NCBI GenBank assembly: GCA_964016885.1
Contig: OZ024740.1
Coordinates: 49,228,001 to 49,292,000 of the forward strand
Reading direction: 5' to 3'
DNA: 64,000 nt
Origin: Eledone cirrhosa
Taxonomy: Eukaryota
Part shown: in pieces, positions 22,091 to 34,598 of the stretch
How positions within the stretch are numbered: position 1 is the first letter of the stretch
How the letters are laid out: each line of letters opens with the position of its first letter
Made by a program: the position numbers and the translations under genes
Notes under the pieces: model-generated
The model's input: only the letters and a program-made list of their open reading frames with translations
Database searches by the model: none
Told to the model about the DNA's origin: nothing

Positions 22091-23149
22091 ACTACAAAGA
22101 CCACATTAGCTCTATCTAGCTCATATACAAATGTAGGGAAGACAGCCGTTGCTTATTCTTCTTGCGCTCACCATAATTGGTGTTTATCATTGCATCAACA
22201 AATACTCTGGTAACGTTAGACTGTCAAACTTGCCACAAGAAACAGTAAACTCCTGTAGTTACTAACCTGTCATGGATGACACGAGGCTGACCAAATGGAG
22301 CCGTTAGTTTATCCATACTTCCACACGGAAGAACAAACAAGAAAATCTAGTACAACTGAACTGACAATTTCAGCACATGACCTAAACCAACCAATGGACA
22401 CCGTCAATGATTCTCATTTGGCAGCCATATATATTCTATTCACCACTTTAATTCGTAATGCATCTGACGAATTGGACCTATATTTTTACACCCAAGAAAT
22501 TAAAAATAATGAGGGACTCAAATACACGCACACAAATATATACGTGCGTGTGTATATGTGTGTGCTTGTACTCATGTGTATGTATACATGTATGTTTTGT
22601 ATTTGTGTGTGAGTGTAACACAGTATGTGTATATGCGTGTTTTAAGATGTAAGTATGATGAATGAGAGGGTGTTAATTCAATGGAATTGAAAACAGCATA
22701 TCGTAATTCCTGTATAATAACTTCATCCATATGTATATATTGAACCAAATATCAAAGACGGAACAACAGAACATAAAAGATAGTAATTAGATGCATACAT
22801 TTCACAGTGATGTATAAACGATTGTACGGTTTATAGTGCAGTTCACTCTGATAATGTTGATATTTGTGATGATGGTGTGTAATAGTCTGATTGCTGTTGT
22901 TTAGCCGAACGACTTTATTGATCGAGAAAGCCTATGATCACAAAGATAAGCCATCATTGAGCAAACCTATGATCAGGAGGGATGGTCATGGCTGATACAC
23001 AAAGGCGTTCCAATCATAGCCATCATTCCTGTGTTTTTAGATAGAGCGAACCCTGAATTACTTTATCCAATGTGCTCTTTTGGTCAAAACTGTAGGGTGG
23101 GTTTTGAGGAAGATTTAGCTATTATTTCTAGCTGATTGAGTAATCACGT

Positions 23150-23960
23150 AAAGCTACGTAAAAAGATCTAATTACTGATGGACGTCTTATTCAAAGTAAA
23201 CTGCAACCAAGGAACTTGAAACAATTGTTATCAAAGTCAAAATTTGATCTAAACAACAACAATAAAATCTTCACAGAACCTAAGTGTAATGGTAATCCTT
23301 GTTCTACATCTTAATTTATACATGATGTTCATTAGATCAACACAAAACTCAAAGGAAGATTATTTACTGTATCAAATGCTCGACTTACGAAAAAAATATA
23401 CGTTGTTCAGACAGGAAAGCCATTATCAAAACACATGCAAGTACACCATCAAGTAGTTAAGGACACTATGTGGTTATTTGGAAAAATGCTAGAAGTAAAT
23501 TTAAAAAAAAATATTTCCATGTTATAAACTTCATGACTCAACTGAAGTCGAAAGAAAGGTAACTGAAAAGAATTTTATTGAAAAGCTCAAACCAGTTCTG
23601 AATCGACAATGGCATTGATTCAATTTGATTTAGTTTAATTTAACTCGATATAGATCAATTTTATGGGTTATCTCCTTTGACATATGTACGCCATAAGAAC
23701 AACACCGCCAATGATAAAATATGAAATGTGAAAATGTTTAATAGATTATCTCCCTTTAGCTATACTAACGCCACCTTGATATCATCGCCATATTAAATTT
23801 CAAGAAGGTAACATTGCTTTGGCAACATTCACCCGAAGAATGTTCCAGAAGACATAAAAGTTCATGTGAATATATGAAATAAAATATGAAAATTCAGCTG
23901 TTAAAATTTGAATGGGTAATATATCATTTGTGCGTAATTCTACAAACTGTGAAGTATATA
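23150..23960 (+). mobile_element. Decayed PLE 3' end (GIY-YIG remnant + degenerate hammerhead 23828-23870)
   Basis: Translates KIYVVQTGKPLSKHMQVHHQ and RKVTEKNFIEKLKPVLN, followed by ttcac CCGAAGA atgt..acat AAAA..gtgaa. Confidence 0.6.
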
Positions 23961-24083
23961 TATATAGAAGTTGTATTTAATTTGTTGGAAGTCCGACAAA
24001 CATAAATATTTGTAACTGATTTAGAGCACTCAACAGCTTACTGGAGTAAATATTCCATGATATTAAATAAATGTAAAACTTTG

Positions 24084-24148
24084 TATTTTATCGGATGAAA
24101 GCGCACCAATGGTGTCTTGGTTGCCCTTGAAATATATATAATAAAATA
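24084..24148 (+). ncRNA. Degenerate type I hammerhead (core CGGATGA, stem III TATATA)
   Basis: tattttat CGGATGA aag.gca.ccaa..ttgg.tgc.ctt GAAA TATATA TA ataaaata. The U4>G change probably inactivates it. Confidence 0.65.
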
Positions 24149-24215
24149 AATATGGTTTTATAAATATAGTTTCCATTTATTTAATATCATGGTATATATA
24201 TATATATATATATAT

Positions 24216-24440
24216 CATCATCATTTAACGTCTATCTTCCACTCTAGCATGGTTAGACAGGTTTGTACCATTTGAGGCTAGTTGGGTCGGGTGATCGTGT
24301 CTCGATCTATTGGGACTGTTTCTGGCTGGCTTTCTACAGCTGGATGCCCTTGCTAACGCCAACCACATTTACAGTGTGTGCTGGGTGCTTTTTGCCGTGT
24401 CTCCTACACGACCACTTTACAGTGTGGGGTGGATATTTTG
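24216..24440 (-). mobile_element. SINE/RTE-tail-like repeat remnant
   Basis: Minus strand ggttggcgttagcaagggcatccagctgtagaaa ... gacgttaaatgatgatg with an (ATG)n tail. Family not resolved. Confidence 0.5.
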
Positions 24441-24566
24441 TGGTACCAACATAACTTTACAGCGTAAGGGCGATGTGGGCGGAAGTGGGAGGAAGGTTTA
24501 GGGTATGTGGGATGTGTGGGGTGTGTGAGGTGTGTGAGGTGTATATTGGATTTGGATTAAGAGGGG

Positions 24567-24598
<32 letters not shown>

Positions 24599-25064
24599 CA
24601 CATTCATATACATACATGTATAGTACACATATACACATATACAAACCAGATTTGATGGTCTTTATTCTCTCGTTCACGATTCCACCGAATTTATATTCAT
24701 AGAAATCTGGGACTTGTTTCTTTCTTCTTCATCACTTTCTGTTGCTTACACCATTTTGTTTGTTTACCCTAGCGTCCCCCTTATTTACGTGTCCCAACGA
24801 CTTTTTTTAGCCGTTGCTCGGACCAACCTGAGGTATATGGCCTTTAATGCGACGAAATGCCTACGACGGTTGGAAGGCCACTGATGAGGACAAACTTTTT
24901 CATATGTAACCCATTTGCAGCGCCGCAGCTCCATTATTATCATATTTATACATATGTATATATGAGTATGTATGTTTGTGTGAGTGTATGCATATTTATA
25001 TGTATGCATTCATGTACACATGCCTATCCATAATGTGCATATGTTTATACTCATACATATGTAC

Positions 25065-25219
<155 letters not shown>

Positions 25220-25923
25220 CTCGTATCAGAGTAGAGAGATGGATAAAGTTAGAGAAATAGAAAAGATTGAATGGAGTCACTAATGAAGTCGATTGTTATA
25301 TATAATGGGCTACAATATATTTGTGATGTTTATTGCTGTTTTACAGAATAGTTTCGGTAGAGATCAATCGACGTGAAACACATTTATTTTTCTTATTGAG
25401 AATGTAAAGCAGTTATGATTGATAAAGTAATATAATTTATGAAACAGTTGTGAGGACCTCTTGACACATCAAGTTTAATTTTGCTCACTCAAGATATGTA
25501 ATAGATATATAAAGGGAAGCCACTATAGATATTTCTTTTTGGGGAAGTCTCCATATTTAGTTTTGTTCCTATCAGTTTATAGATGCTTCAAATATTGATT
25601 TCTTACTACATAACCAGAGTCTAAAGTCTAAAGTCTGTCTTAATCCAGAAGGCTCGTTTACACGGCGCTTATCCCAAGACATGGCACGAAGCGACTGATA
25701 GTGTAAGAAAAAGTGTAGTGAGATCGGGAAGTAGTTAGAGAGAACTATAGATAGAGAATGTGTGGTGAGATAGAGAGGTAGTTAGATAAAGAACTACGGG
25801 GAAAGTGTAATGAGATAGAGATGTATAGATGAAAACATATGATTGATGGGGAGTGAGAAAATACGAAAACAATGTGGAAGAAGTAGATAGTAACTTATTT
25901 CCCTGTACGTAATGTGAAAATAA

Positions 25924-26034
<111 letters not shown>

Positions 26035-27804
26035 GCGCACATATAAATCTTAGTTATATGGGAAACAAAAAGGAAAAAACCTAATCGTCAGATTGGACTA
26101 AGGAAACAAATTTTCCATTGGATTTTCTATTGCTTATACTATCTGCTGATCGGAACTCCTTATAAATAGAAGCAAGATTTGTACTTGGAACGCACAGACC
26201 CAGATCAGATACCACAAATAATCCGTCCCTCCCTATAACAATTCCACCAATCCACCGACTCTGAATTGGAACTTTATTTATTGATCTCGTAAAATGAAAT
26301 GTAACCTTGACCTCGGTGGGATCTGAAATAAATACCGAAGCATTTAATCCCTAATAACTCTGCCAATAGTGTTAATCATAGAAATATGAAGTTATAACCA
26401 GAGTCTATATGGTGCATATATGTTAGGGAAGTAGTTAAACAAGCGAAGAAGGACATGTATATTTTTAGATGTAATAGCTGTCAAGTAAAATAATTTGGTA
26501 GGTCCACTAAAGTGGACGAATAAAGTCACCAACACAACATGTCAGCTGACTTCGACGTAATGTATATAAGAAGCGATATGTGAAGACAAAGGAGAAAAAA
26601 GAAGACTAAGAAATTAATAAGGTGAATAATAAAAACAGGAAAGTGAAAGAGAATAAAACAGACATGATTGTTCTGGCTAGAATGTTAATCATAGATCTGA
26701 TAGGCCAGTATTGACCTGTGACCAAACAACATCAGCAACAAGAACAAAAAAATCTTTTGATAAATACCAATGCAGAAATGGTTGTTTAGATTGAATCAGT
26801 AACTTGTATATATTTTATGGATACCGACTGGGTTTTGTATTCAAGAATGTACGCCAATATTAAGATAAGAAGTATTACACATGAAATATTTGACATGTAA
26901 TAGTTATTTATGTCAACGATTTGTTTCTATTTGGCCAAAGAAAGAACATGGCATTTTTGGGAGATTACTCACCAAATTAGATAGCAGTTGTGTTTCTTTT
27001 AAACTAACCATTACATACAGTTTTTCTCAATTGGCATAAAATATTCCATATTAATGGCATTTATCGTTTGCGTGAGTAAACATTATTTAAAAGTGCATTG
27101 AAAAGTGAAAAATCAAAATATAGTTATCTGCTTGATAAATGACATGAATGTTAGTAAATAGAAGACTTCGTCTAACACACCATGTTATTGCAATATTGAA
27201 ATATAGGCAATGAAACGCCATTTTCATGTTGATCAATTTCTAAATGAATATTCTATATTATGATATTTGACAAACGTTAAGCTCCAAACGACACACATTA
27301 TAAATACTTATATGCCAACTTAAGCATCCACACCTGAAACTTCTACAGAGTCGTCTGACATGCTGGAGAAAGCAGCCAAATCTCCTGCAAATTACACTAT
27401 TATCATCACAAGATATCTGATTTCAGAAGGTTGAATACTATGGGTAGCCAGCCGATACATACACCACAATCGAAAGAACACATTGGATAATGTAATCCTT
27501 GACACATTGTATCTCAAATAAGATAGATTGTCACAGCTGGAATGCCAAAGATCAAAGATAAGTTCGATCAGCGCTGACCTCGGAGTAACCAATAAGTAAC
27601 TACCCACCTATTATTATCTGATATAACCCGATTGCATGTTATGTTAGGTCGTGTGAAAAGTATAGTTATTCCACACGGAGAGTTAGCGAGGGAGCCTCTA
27701 CGCGACTGTTTGATCCGCTAGAAATAGCAGCTAAGTCACTCTAATATCACTCCACATCTTCTTTAAAACCAGTAAGGCATATTAAATGATACAATTCTGG
27801 ATAC

Positions 27805-28930
27805 TTCTTTCTTTCAGACTTACTTAGAAGTTCCTGAGACATATGAGACAGCCAATGTGTTCCAATGATTACTGTCGGTTGCATCGTTCCAACTTTTATT
27901 GGTGTATTTCATATTCTTATCGGTTGTCTGCTGCCAGTTCTTCTTGGGACGTCCCCTTCGCATCTTTCCACATGATCTTTGACACAGGCTGTTGGTGGGT
28001 ACGTTAACGGACTTCTTTGTTGGTGATGAAGTCATTCCCTCTGATGCCAATAATTTGGGGGTAGGTATTTGGTGCCAAAATCACCTAATTGGTTCTCTTG
28101 GCTGGTCTTCTTGGCGTTGAAGCACATTGCAGAATCTCATTTCTAGATATTATTAAATTGCAGGCGCTTTGTCTATTTTGCAATTAATTTCTTTCGCCAT
28201 GTCACCCACATTTGTTTATAAAGCTTCTGAGGTAGATGAAGTCGTCCACAACAACCTCTACGTCCTCCTGACGGATACAGACGTTTGTTGGTAATAGATG
28301 AAAACCAACTGCATCCCTCAAAAGGGTAATTTTGCAGAATGTGACAACTGGAAGGGAGTAACACTTCTATCCATACCAGGAAAGATGTACTGTCAGTTTA
28401 TCCTGAATAAAATGAGAGGCCTTTCATAAAACCTTGCGTGAGTAACAAGCAGGATTCCAACCCAAACTTTCCTGTGCCGATCTAATATTTACTCTACGAT
28501 GCATCATCGAGAAATTCCAAGTAGCATTTGCCATCACATTCATAGAATTTTCTAAGGCATTCGATAGCTTACATAGACCCTCCTTATGGAACATCACGCA
28601 AGTTTATGACAGACCATCTCATCCATCAATTATTTCCATACTGGTTGAAAATGCTCCATAAGAACTGAGGATGGTTACAGTGAGTGGTTTGAAGTTATCA
28701 CAGGAGTCCACCAAGGATGCACACTGTCTCCAATTCTCTTTGTTTTCGTCATCGACTGGATTCTCAGAGGGGCAATAGAAGATAAGGGGATTGACTGGCT
28801 AGAGGAACAGAAGCTCTCAGACGATATTCAGGCTGTGACCAAAAAATATATTTGACTTATTTGATAAATGAGATAGGATCATCTGTAGCTAGCACTGGCC
28901 TCCAAATCAGTGTCAAAGCCCCTAAACATG
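27805..28930. mobile_element. Decayed RTE-clade LINE with internal inversion
   Basis: Plus-strand RT pieces (KKGN..ECDNWKGVTLLSIPGK, QAGF, FSKAFDSLHR, TGVHQGCTLSP) at about 28310-28930. Minus-strand C-terminus RRGRPKKNW...ATD..HW at 27820-27970. Confidence 0.7.
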
Positions 28931-28954
28931 TTAGTTGGTATTCTTTCAGACGCG

Positions 28955-29017
<63 letters not shown>

Positions 29018-29018
29018 G

Positions 29019-29136
<118 letters not shown>

Positions 29137-29750
29137 TACATACACTCAAAGAAAGCAATAAACGCGATATTGACGAGTTGAACACATTTGATCATAGATC
29201 TGGCTAACAAGAAGCTAAATTTCATCCATATCAACAACAGCACGAATGTATACATGTCTAAATGTAAGGAATTTGTGTATATTACTACAGATATTGTTCA
29301 TTCCGCTTCTTCTTATTCATTGTCAATCATTGTATTAATTATGGTTAATTAAAACCTCAGACATTATTCAGTTATATGAATTCCTTTATTGATCATACTT
29401 GATTAAATCTGATAATTTATATATATATCAATGAATAAATCTCAGTATCTTTCTGAAGTTCGTTGCTTTCACCCAGTTTTATCAAATAATCATTATTATT
29501 GAACGTATGGATATTGAGAAGATTGCTTTGGTAATATTGAATGAGCGCTTTGATTCAGATAGGATGATATGCATTCTTGACTATTTCATTGCTAATCCAC
29601 CACTTTCTTTATATTCTTTGATTTGGAAATCTAATCGGAATATTTCCATGTAGACATTGGCATTATATGTGAACATATATGTATATATATGTTTATATGT
29701 TTGTGTGTCTCTATGTGCACACATACACACATATGTATATATACCTATGC

Positions 29751-29791
<41 letters not shown>

Positions 29792-29859
29792 CACAGAAGC
29801 GAAAACCAACCAACCAAACAGTGAGTGTGTTCTGTTATTAATTCTGGCAATATTATTAC

Positions 29860-29910
<51 letters not shown>

Positions 29911-29971
29911 TTATTTCATATCGCACACAATTCAGTCTTCTAATGTTTTTAGAAGTGGAAGGATCACTAAT

Positions 29972-30067
29972 TTCTTGACACCTACTGATGAGCAAAGAAA
30001 TGGTGATGACTTCGCTTAATATGATTTTGCGGAACAGTTTTCATAACTGTTCAGGTGTTTTCAGGAA
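29972..30067 (+). ncRNA. Type I hammerhead with full stem III, one core mutation (GGAA for GAAA), in a (TA)n-flanked element about 29908-30310
   Basis: ttcttga.cacct a CTGATGA GCAAA..TTTGC GGAA CAGTT ttcat AACTG TT c aggtg..tcaggaa. Confidence 0.7.
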
Positions 30068-30653
30068 GTTGTCCAATATAGGTTTGTTATTATTTTTCTT
30101 AATTTACTACTTTAAATTAAGCCTGGCAAATCATAGTGCTGTAGTTAGTATTTTTTCACCCTAGCAAACCTGGTCCTTACAATTCGGACACATGTATGTT
30201 TATATTAGTGTTCATCTCTCTTGTATATTCAATTATATTAGACGACTCGGAAAAGCTTTTTTCTTAAAGTTATTTAATTGTAAGACACTACTTTGAGTTT
30301 CTAACTCAGTATATATATATATAAATATAATAATAATGATACTATTTATAGTTATGTATATATTATACTATAAATAACTATAAACAGGAAAGGTCAGTAA
30401 TTTATTACTACCTTATTACCAGTAAGAGAAATAGCTCAATGTAAGAACATCAGGTGTTTTACAGAGCAGGAGTATCAAAGTTTTACACAAGTATCAAAGT
30501 TATGTTCAAATCATTTAATCGCTGACAATTGTTTCTTCCAAACTAAACTGTAAACTGTTGTTCACAACATCAATATATATGTATCTATATGATTGTTCAG
30601 TTGAATAGGAGGTTAATTATTTATATGTATAAATATATATATATATATATATA

Positions 30654-30835
30654 GTATGACCCCGACGGCAGAGCTTAAGCCATTTCGACGGCTATTTCTG
30701 GACTGAAATAGTCGTCGAAACGGCTTGAGCTCTGCCGTCGGGGTCATACGTTTTCCTATTTCCCACTCTACTACCCTAAGTATTGAGTACTCTGGTGCGT
30801 TATGGTCCATCTGGTTCCTTACCACAATTCCTTTG

Positions 30836-30838
<3 letters not shown>
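30654..30838. mobile_element. Short family A fold-back derivative lacking the hammerhead 5' core
   Basis: Inverted arms meet at tttctggac|tgaaatag. Stem III/GUC and the 3' tail are retained. (TA)n on both sides. Confidence 0.85.
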
Positions 30839-30916
<78 letters not shown>

Positions 30917-31272
30917 CATATATATATATACATGTATATACATATATATATACATATATATATATACATATATATATATACATATATATATACATATATA
31001 TATATATACATATATATATATATGTACATATATATACATATATATATATACATATATATACATATATATATATAAACGTTTTAATATGTATAATAAAGCC
31101 AAAACAATGCAGTTATGGACATAGAAAAAAGAATGCAATTGCAAAAGATATTGTTGACAATTCGTCTTTTACCTTAGATTTATTTAAATGTCCTTAATTT
31201 TCGAGATAATATCTCTTCTTCAGAGGGAAATAAAGGTTTCAAACCAGCGTTCTAAATAGCTAATAACCTCCT

Positions 31273-31346
<74 letters not shown>

Positions 31347-31348
<2 letters not shown>

Positions 31349-31781
31349 CGAAGGAAATGTGGTAAGGAACCAGGTGGACCATAACGCACCAAAGTACTCA
31401 ATACTTAGGGTAGTAGAGTGGGTAATAGGAACAAGTAAGACCCCGACGGCTGAGCTCAAGCCGTTTCGACGGCTAATTCTGTACAGAATTAGCCGTCGAA
31501 ACGGCTTGAGCTCAGCCGTCGGGGTCTTACTTGTTCCTATATATATAACGCACCAAAGTACTCAATACTTAGGGTAGTAGAGTGGGTAATAGGAACAAGT
31601 AAGACCCCGACGGCTGAGCTCAAGCCGTTTCGACGGCTAATTCTGTACAGAATTAGCCGTCGAAACGGCTTGAGCTCAGCTGTCGGGGTCTTACTGGTTC
31701 CTATTACCCACTCTACTACCTCAAGTATTGAGTACTTTGGTGCGTTATGGTCCACCTGGTTCCTTACCACATTTCCTTCGT

Positions 31782-31782
<1 letters not shown>
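31347..31782. mobile_element. Two consecutive family A fold-back palindromes (centres 31481-84 and 31645-48)
   Basis: Perfect palindromic centre ctaattctGTACagaattag in both. Arms match the 3' end of family A. Confidence 0.88.
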
Positions 31783-31813
<31 letters not shown>

Positions 31814-31854
31814 CGAAACATAAGTCAATTGCATGAACTCATAATCCTTTATTT

Positions 31855-31910
31855 ACTGCTATATATATTTCGATGATAGCCATTGAATGGCTATGACCTC
31901 ATCAGGCAGT
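31855..31910 (-). ncRNA. Intact type I hammerhead, family E (stem III TATATA), in a short (TA)n-flanked element about 31810-31974
   Basis: Minus strand: ACTGC CTGATGA ggt c ATAGCCAT tca ATGGCTAT c atc GAAA TATATA TA GCAGT, then aataaa. Confidence 0.87.
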
Positions 31911-31969
31911 TAGTCAGTTCTTAGATATGCCAGCTCTGTGTTTATAGTGTTGATGGTATCAGAGCCTTG

Positions 31970-32013
<44 letters not shown>

Positions 32014-32070
32014 AAATTTTCGCTCTACATAGCTGAATACAATAAATGTAATCTGAGTTTTTCGAATATT

Positions 32071-32257
32071 AATAATTGTTTCTACTTTAGGCACAAGGCC
32101 AGCAATTACCCAGTGCATTACTGGTACTTTATTTTATCGACCCCGTAAGGATGAAAGGCAAAGTCAACCTCGGCGGGATTTGAACTCAGATCGTAAAGGG
32201 ACGTAACTATGCTGGAAAGCATGGCGTCAAACCCTCTACCGATACTGCCAATCCACC
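32071..32257 (-). mobile_element. tRNA-derived SINE
   Basis: Full reverse-complement SINE consensus. Confidence 0.88.
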
Positions 32258-32539
32258 AACGTTCGATTTGTTTGCAATTATGCAAACAAGCCTCAATTTT
32301 ATAGCCATGTAGACCGAAAATTGTCTCTTTTATTTCAATTTGGCCATTTATCGCTCGTACACAGGAAACTGACTGGCTAGTCTGCTGATATGCAAATCTG
32401 GCTGATCAGTCAGTCTGCTAATATGCAGATCTGACTGATCAGCCAGTCTGCTAATATGCAAAACAGGTCGACCAGTCAGTGTGTATTTTTGAAAATCGCA
32501 TATATTTTCACTAACTCTACAGTTTGGCAGGTGGACAGT

Positions 32540-32589
32540 GAGCTGTACTGATGAAGGGTGATACCCAGAAACATTAGTGTCAGCAGTTC
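32540..32589 (+). ncRNA. Type I hammerhead, family G, GUC site
   Basis: gagctgt a CTGATGA a GGGT gat ACCC a GAAA CATTAGTG TC a gcagttc. Confidence 0.78.
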
Positions 32590-32714
32590 TGTTTACATGA
32601 CAACACAAGCGCAAGAATGAAGGTTCATTCTACTGACATGGCTATAAAATTGAGGCTTGTTTGCATAATTGCAAACGAATCGAATGTTATTATTAATATT
32701 CGAAAAACTACATT

Positions 32715-32764
<50 letters not shown>

Positions 32765-32769
<5 letters not shown>

Positions 32770-32845
32770 AATCTTAGACAGGAACAAAAACAGAGAGGCA
32801 GTACAAATATTAGTTTATTAGGTTCACGCTTTTGAGAATGTGTGT
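32765..32845 (-). mobile_element. 3' tail related to the Neptune pLTR end
   Basis: Minus strand ctcaaaagcgtgaacctaataaact..tgtactgcctctctgtttttgttcc matches 39861-39916. Confidence 0.7.
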
Positions 32846-32983
32846 GTATGTGTATGTGCGTATATTACAAATAACGTATTGTGCGCACTCTGGGGTATAG
32901 TTTTATGCGTTCCCACATTCAAAGTGTGTCTCATTGAGTGAGTAATGAATCAGTTGGGGCTATACGGAACCATATCTCGCTAG

Positions 32984-33042
<59 letters not shown>

Positions 33043-33206
33043 GTAGGTTATTAAGAAATATTGATGTAGTAGTTGGCATTAATGTGAGCACTCGATGCTA
33101 CATTAGACTGCTTCTCATATGAAGTCTACGGTCATGTCTATCTCATCGACAACGGTTTCAATGATCTGTGAAACATAAGCAATGGTCGATATAAAATAAA
33201 AACATT

Positions 33207-33406
33207 TAAACTCTTTAGCAATTACATTACTCTATAAATACTCTTGTATTTTCATATTATAGGGTTTTATCTCACATAATAATCTGTGAGGTTTTAATAT
33301 TATTTATTTTGAGAAAAATACTTTAATGTGTGGCCAGTTACGGCCAGTTTGAACAGGTGAGAGAATTCTGGCCAGACACGGTCGGGTTTAATTGCTAAAG
33401 GGTTAA
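33207..33406. mobile_element. MITE with degenerate TTAA-CCCTTTAGCA / TGCTAAAGGG-TTAA ends (piggyBac-like)
   Basis: ttaaactctttagcaatta ... taattgctaaagggttaa. Confidence 0.6.
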
Positions 33407-33430
33407 AGTGAAACGTCGTATATCATAGCC

Positions 33431-33585
<155 letters not shown>

Positions 33586-33679
33586 TGGAAAATGTGTGAA
33601 ATCCTTGGTACAGTTTGGTATATTTGAAAAAAGGAAAAGAATGACTTTTCTTGTAGTATATATATATATATATAGAGAG

Positions 33680-34598
33680 AGAGAATTAGTACATCTACCA
33701 ACATATGTGTACAGATGTACACTCATGCTAGCAAATATATAAGTTATGTCTTAGTACCGATGTGGTTCTATGCAGGGGGGTGCAGAACAATTATATGAAA
33801 GACGTAAAATAAGAAAATTTAAAAAATTAAAAATCAACTTACTTACTAAAATTTTCACTCCAACTAATTAGTTTCTGTAATGGGATAAATATAGTTACAT
33901 AATATAACTATAGAGAATTCATTACGTCATCAGGGAGTCTATTCTCAGCTAAGTTCCCAGGCAATGCGCGGACACTAGGAATCCATATACAAATGTTGAG
34001 CAAACTTGCCAAAATTTACTGCTGTTTCATGGTAGTAGTAGGCTCTTGTCATAATACCACTCCGCTCCTAACTGCTTAACCTCGGTGTCACGTGATTGAT
34101 TCTTTAGAATCTGCCACTGACCAGGGGCAGTGAAATTTTTTCAGTGCTCCGAATTTAGTCCTCGCTAGCTTTATTTCATCCACTGAATTATTATTTTTAT
34201 ATGGGTTCCTAGTGTCCGCGCATTGCCTGGGAACTTAGCTGAGAATAGACACCCTGATGACGTAATGAATTCTCTATAGTTATATTATGTAACTATATTT
34301 ATCCCATTACAGAAACTAATTAGTTGGAGTGAAAATTTTAGTAAGTAAGTTGATTTTTAATTTTTAAAATTTTCTTATTTTACGTCTTTCATATAATTGT
34401 TCTGCACCCCCCTGCATAGAACCACATCGGTACTAAGACATAACTTATATATTTGCTAGCATGAGTGTACATCTGTACACATATGTTGGTAGATGTACTA
34501 ATTCTCTATATTTATCTCCAAATTATTTGTTGAGCAAACTTGCCAAAATTTACTGCTGTTTCATGGTAGTAGTAGGCTCTTGTCATAATACCACCCCG
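33680..34598 (+). mobile_element. Family B retrozyme-like element: inverted arm (33680-33989) + ~534-bp unit + partial second unit
   Basis: 33680-33989 is the reverse complement of about 34199-34507. A direct repeat tgttgagcaaacttgcc...cataataccac occurs at 33994 and 34528. Confidence 0.88.
34249..34330 (+). ncRNA. Type I hammerhead, family B (mirror copy on minus strand at 33857-33938)
   Basis: ac(a/t)cc CTGATGA c GTAATG..TATAGTTA..TAACTATA..CATTAC a GAAA CTAATTAG TT ggagt. Confidence 0.85.

Larger units (their letters stand above)
32040..32718 (+). mobile_element. Fold-back hammerhead element, family G (inverted 3'-tail arm interrupted by a SINE)
   Basis: About 32040-32310 (minus the SINE) is the reverse complement of about 32636-32718. 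Internal ~33-bp tandem repeat x3 at about 32369-32460. Flanked by (TA)n. Confidence 0.75.

Noticed and set aside
22458-22510. CTGACGA-ttgg..ccaa-GAAA partial hammerhead
   Set aside because: Stem III and stem I cannot be formed. Possibly a relic but unsupported.
24820-24900. CTGATGAGGAC and nearby GAAA as a hammerhead
   Set aside because: No consistent stem II or stem I pairing in any topology. At best a decayed relic.
31347-31782. CRISPR-like or MITE interpretation of repeated palindromes
   Set aside because: No unique spacers and no cas genes in a eukaryotic context. The arms derive from the family A 3' end.
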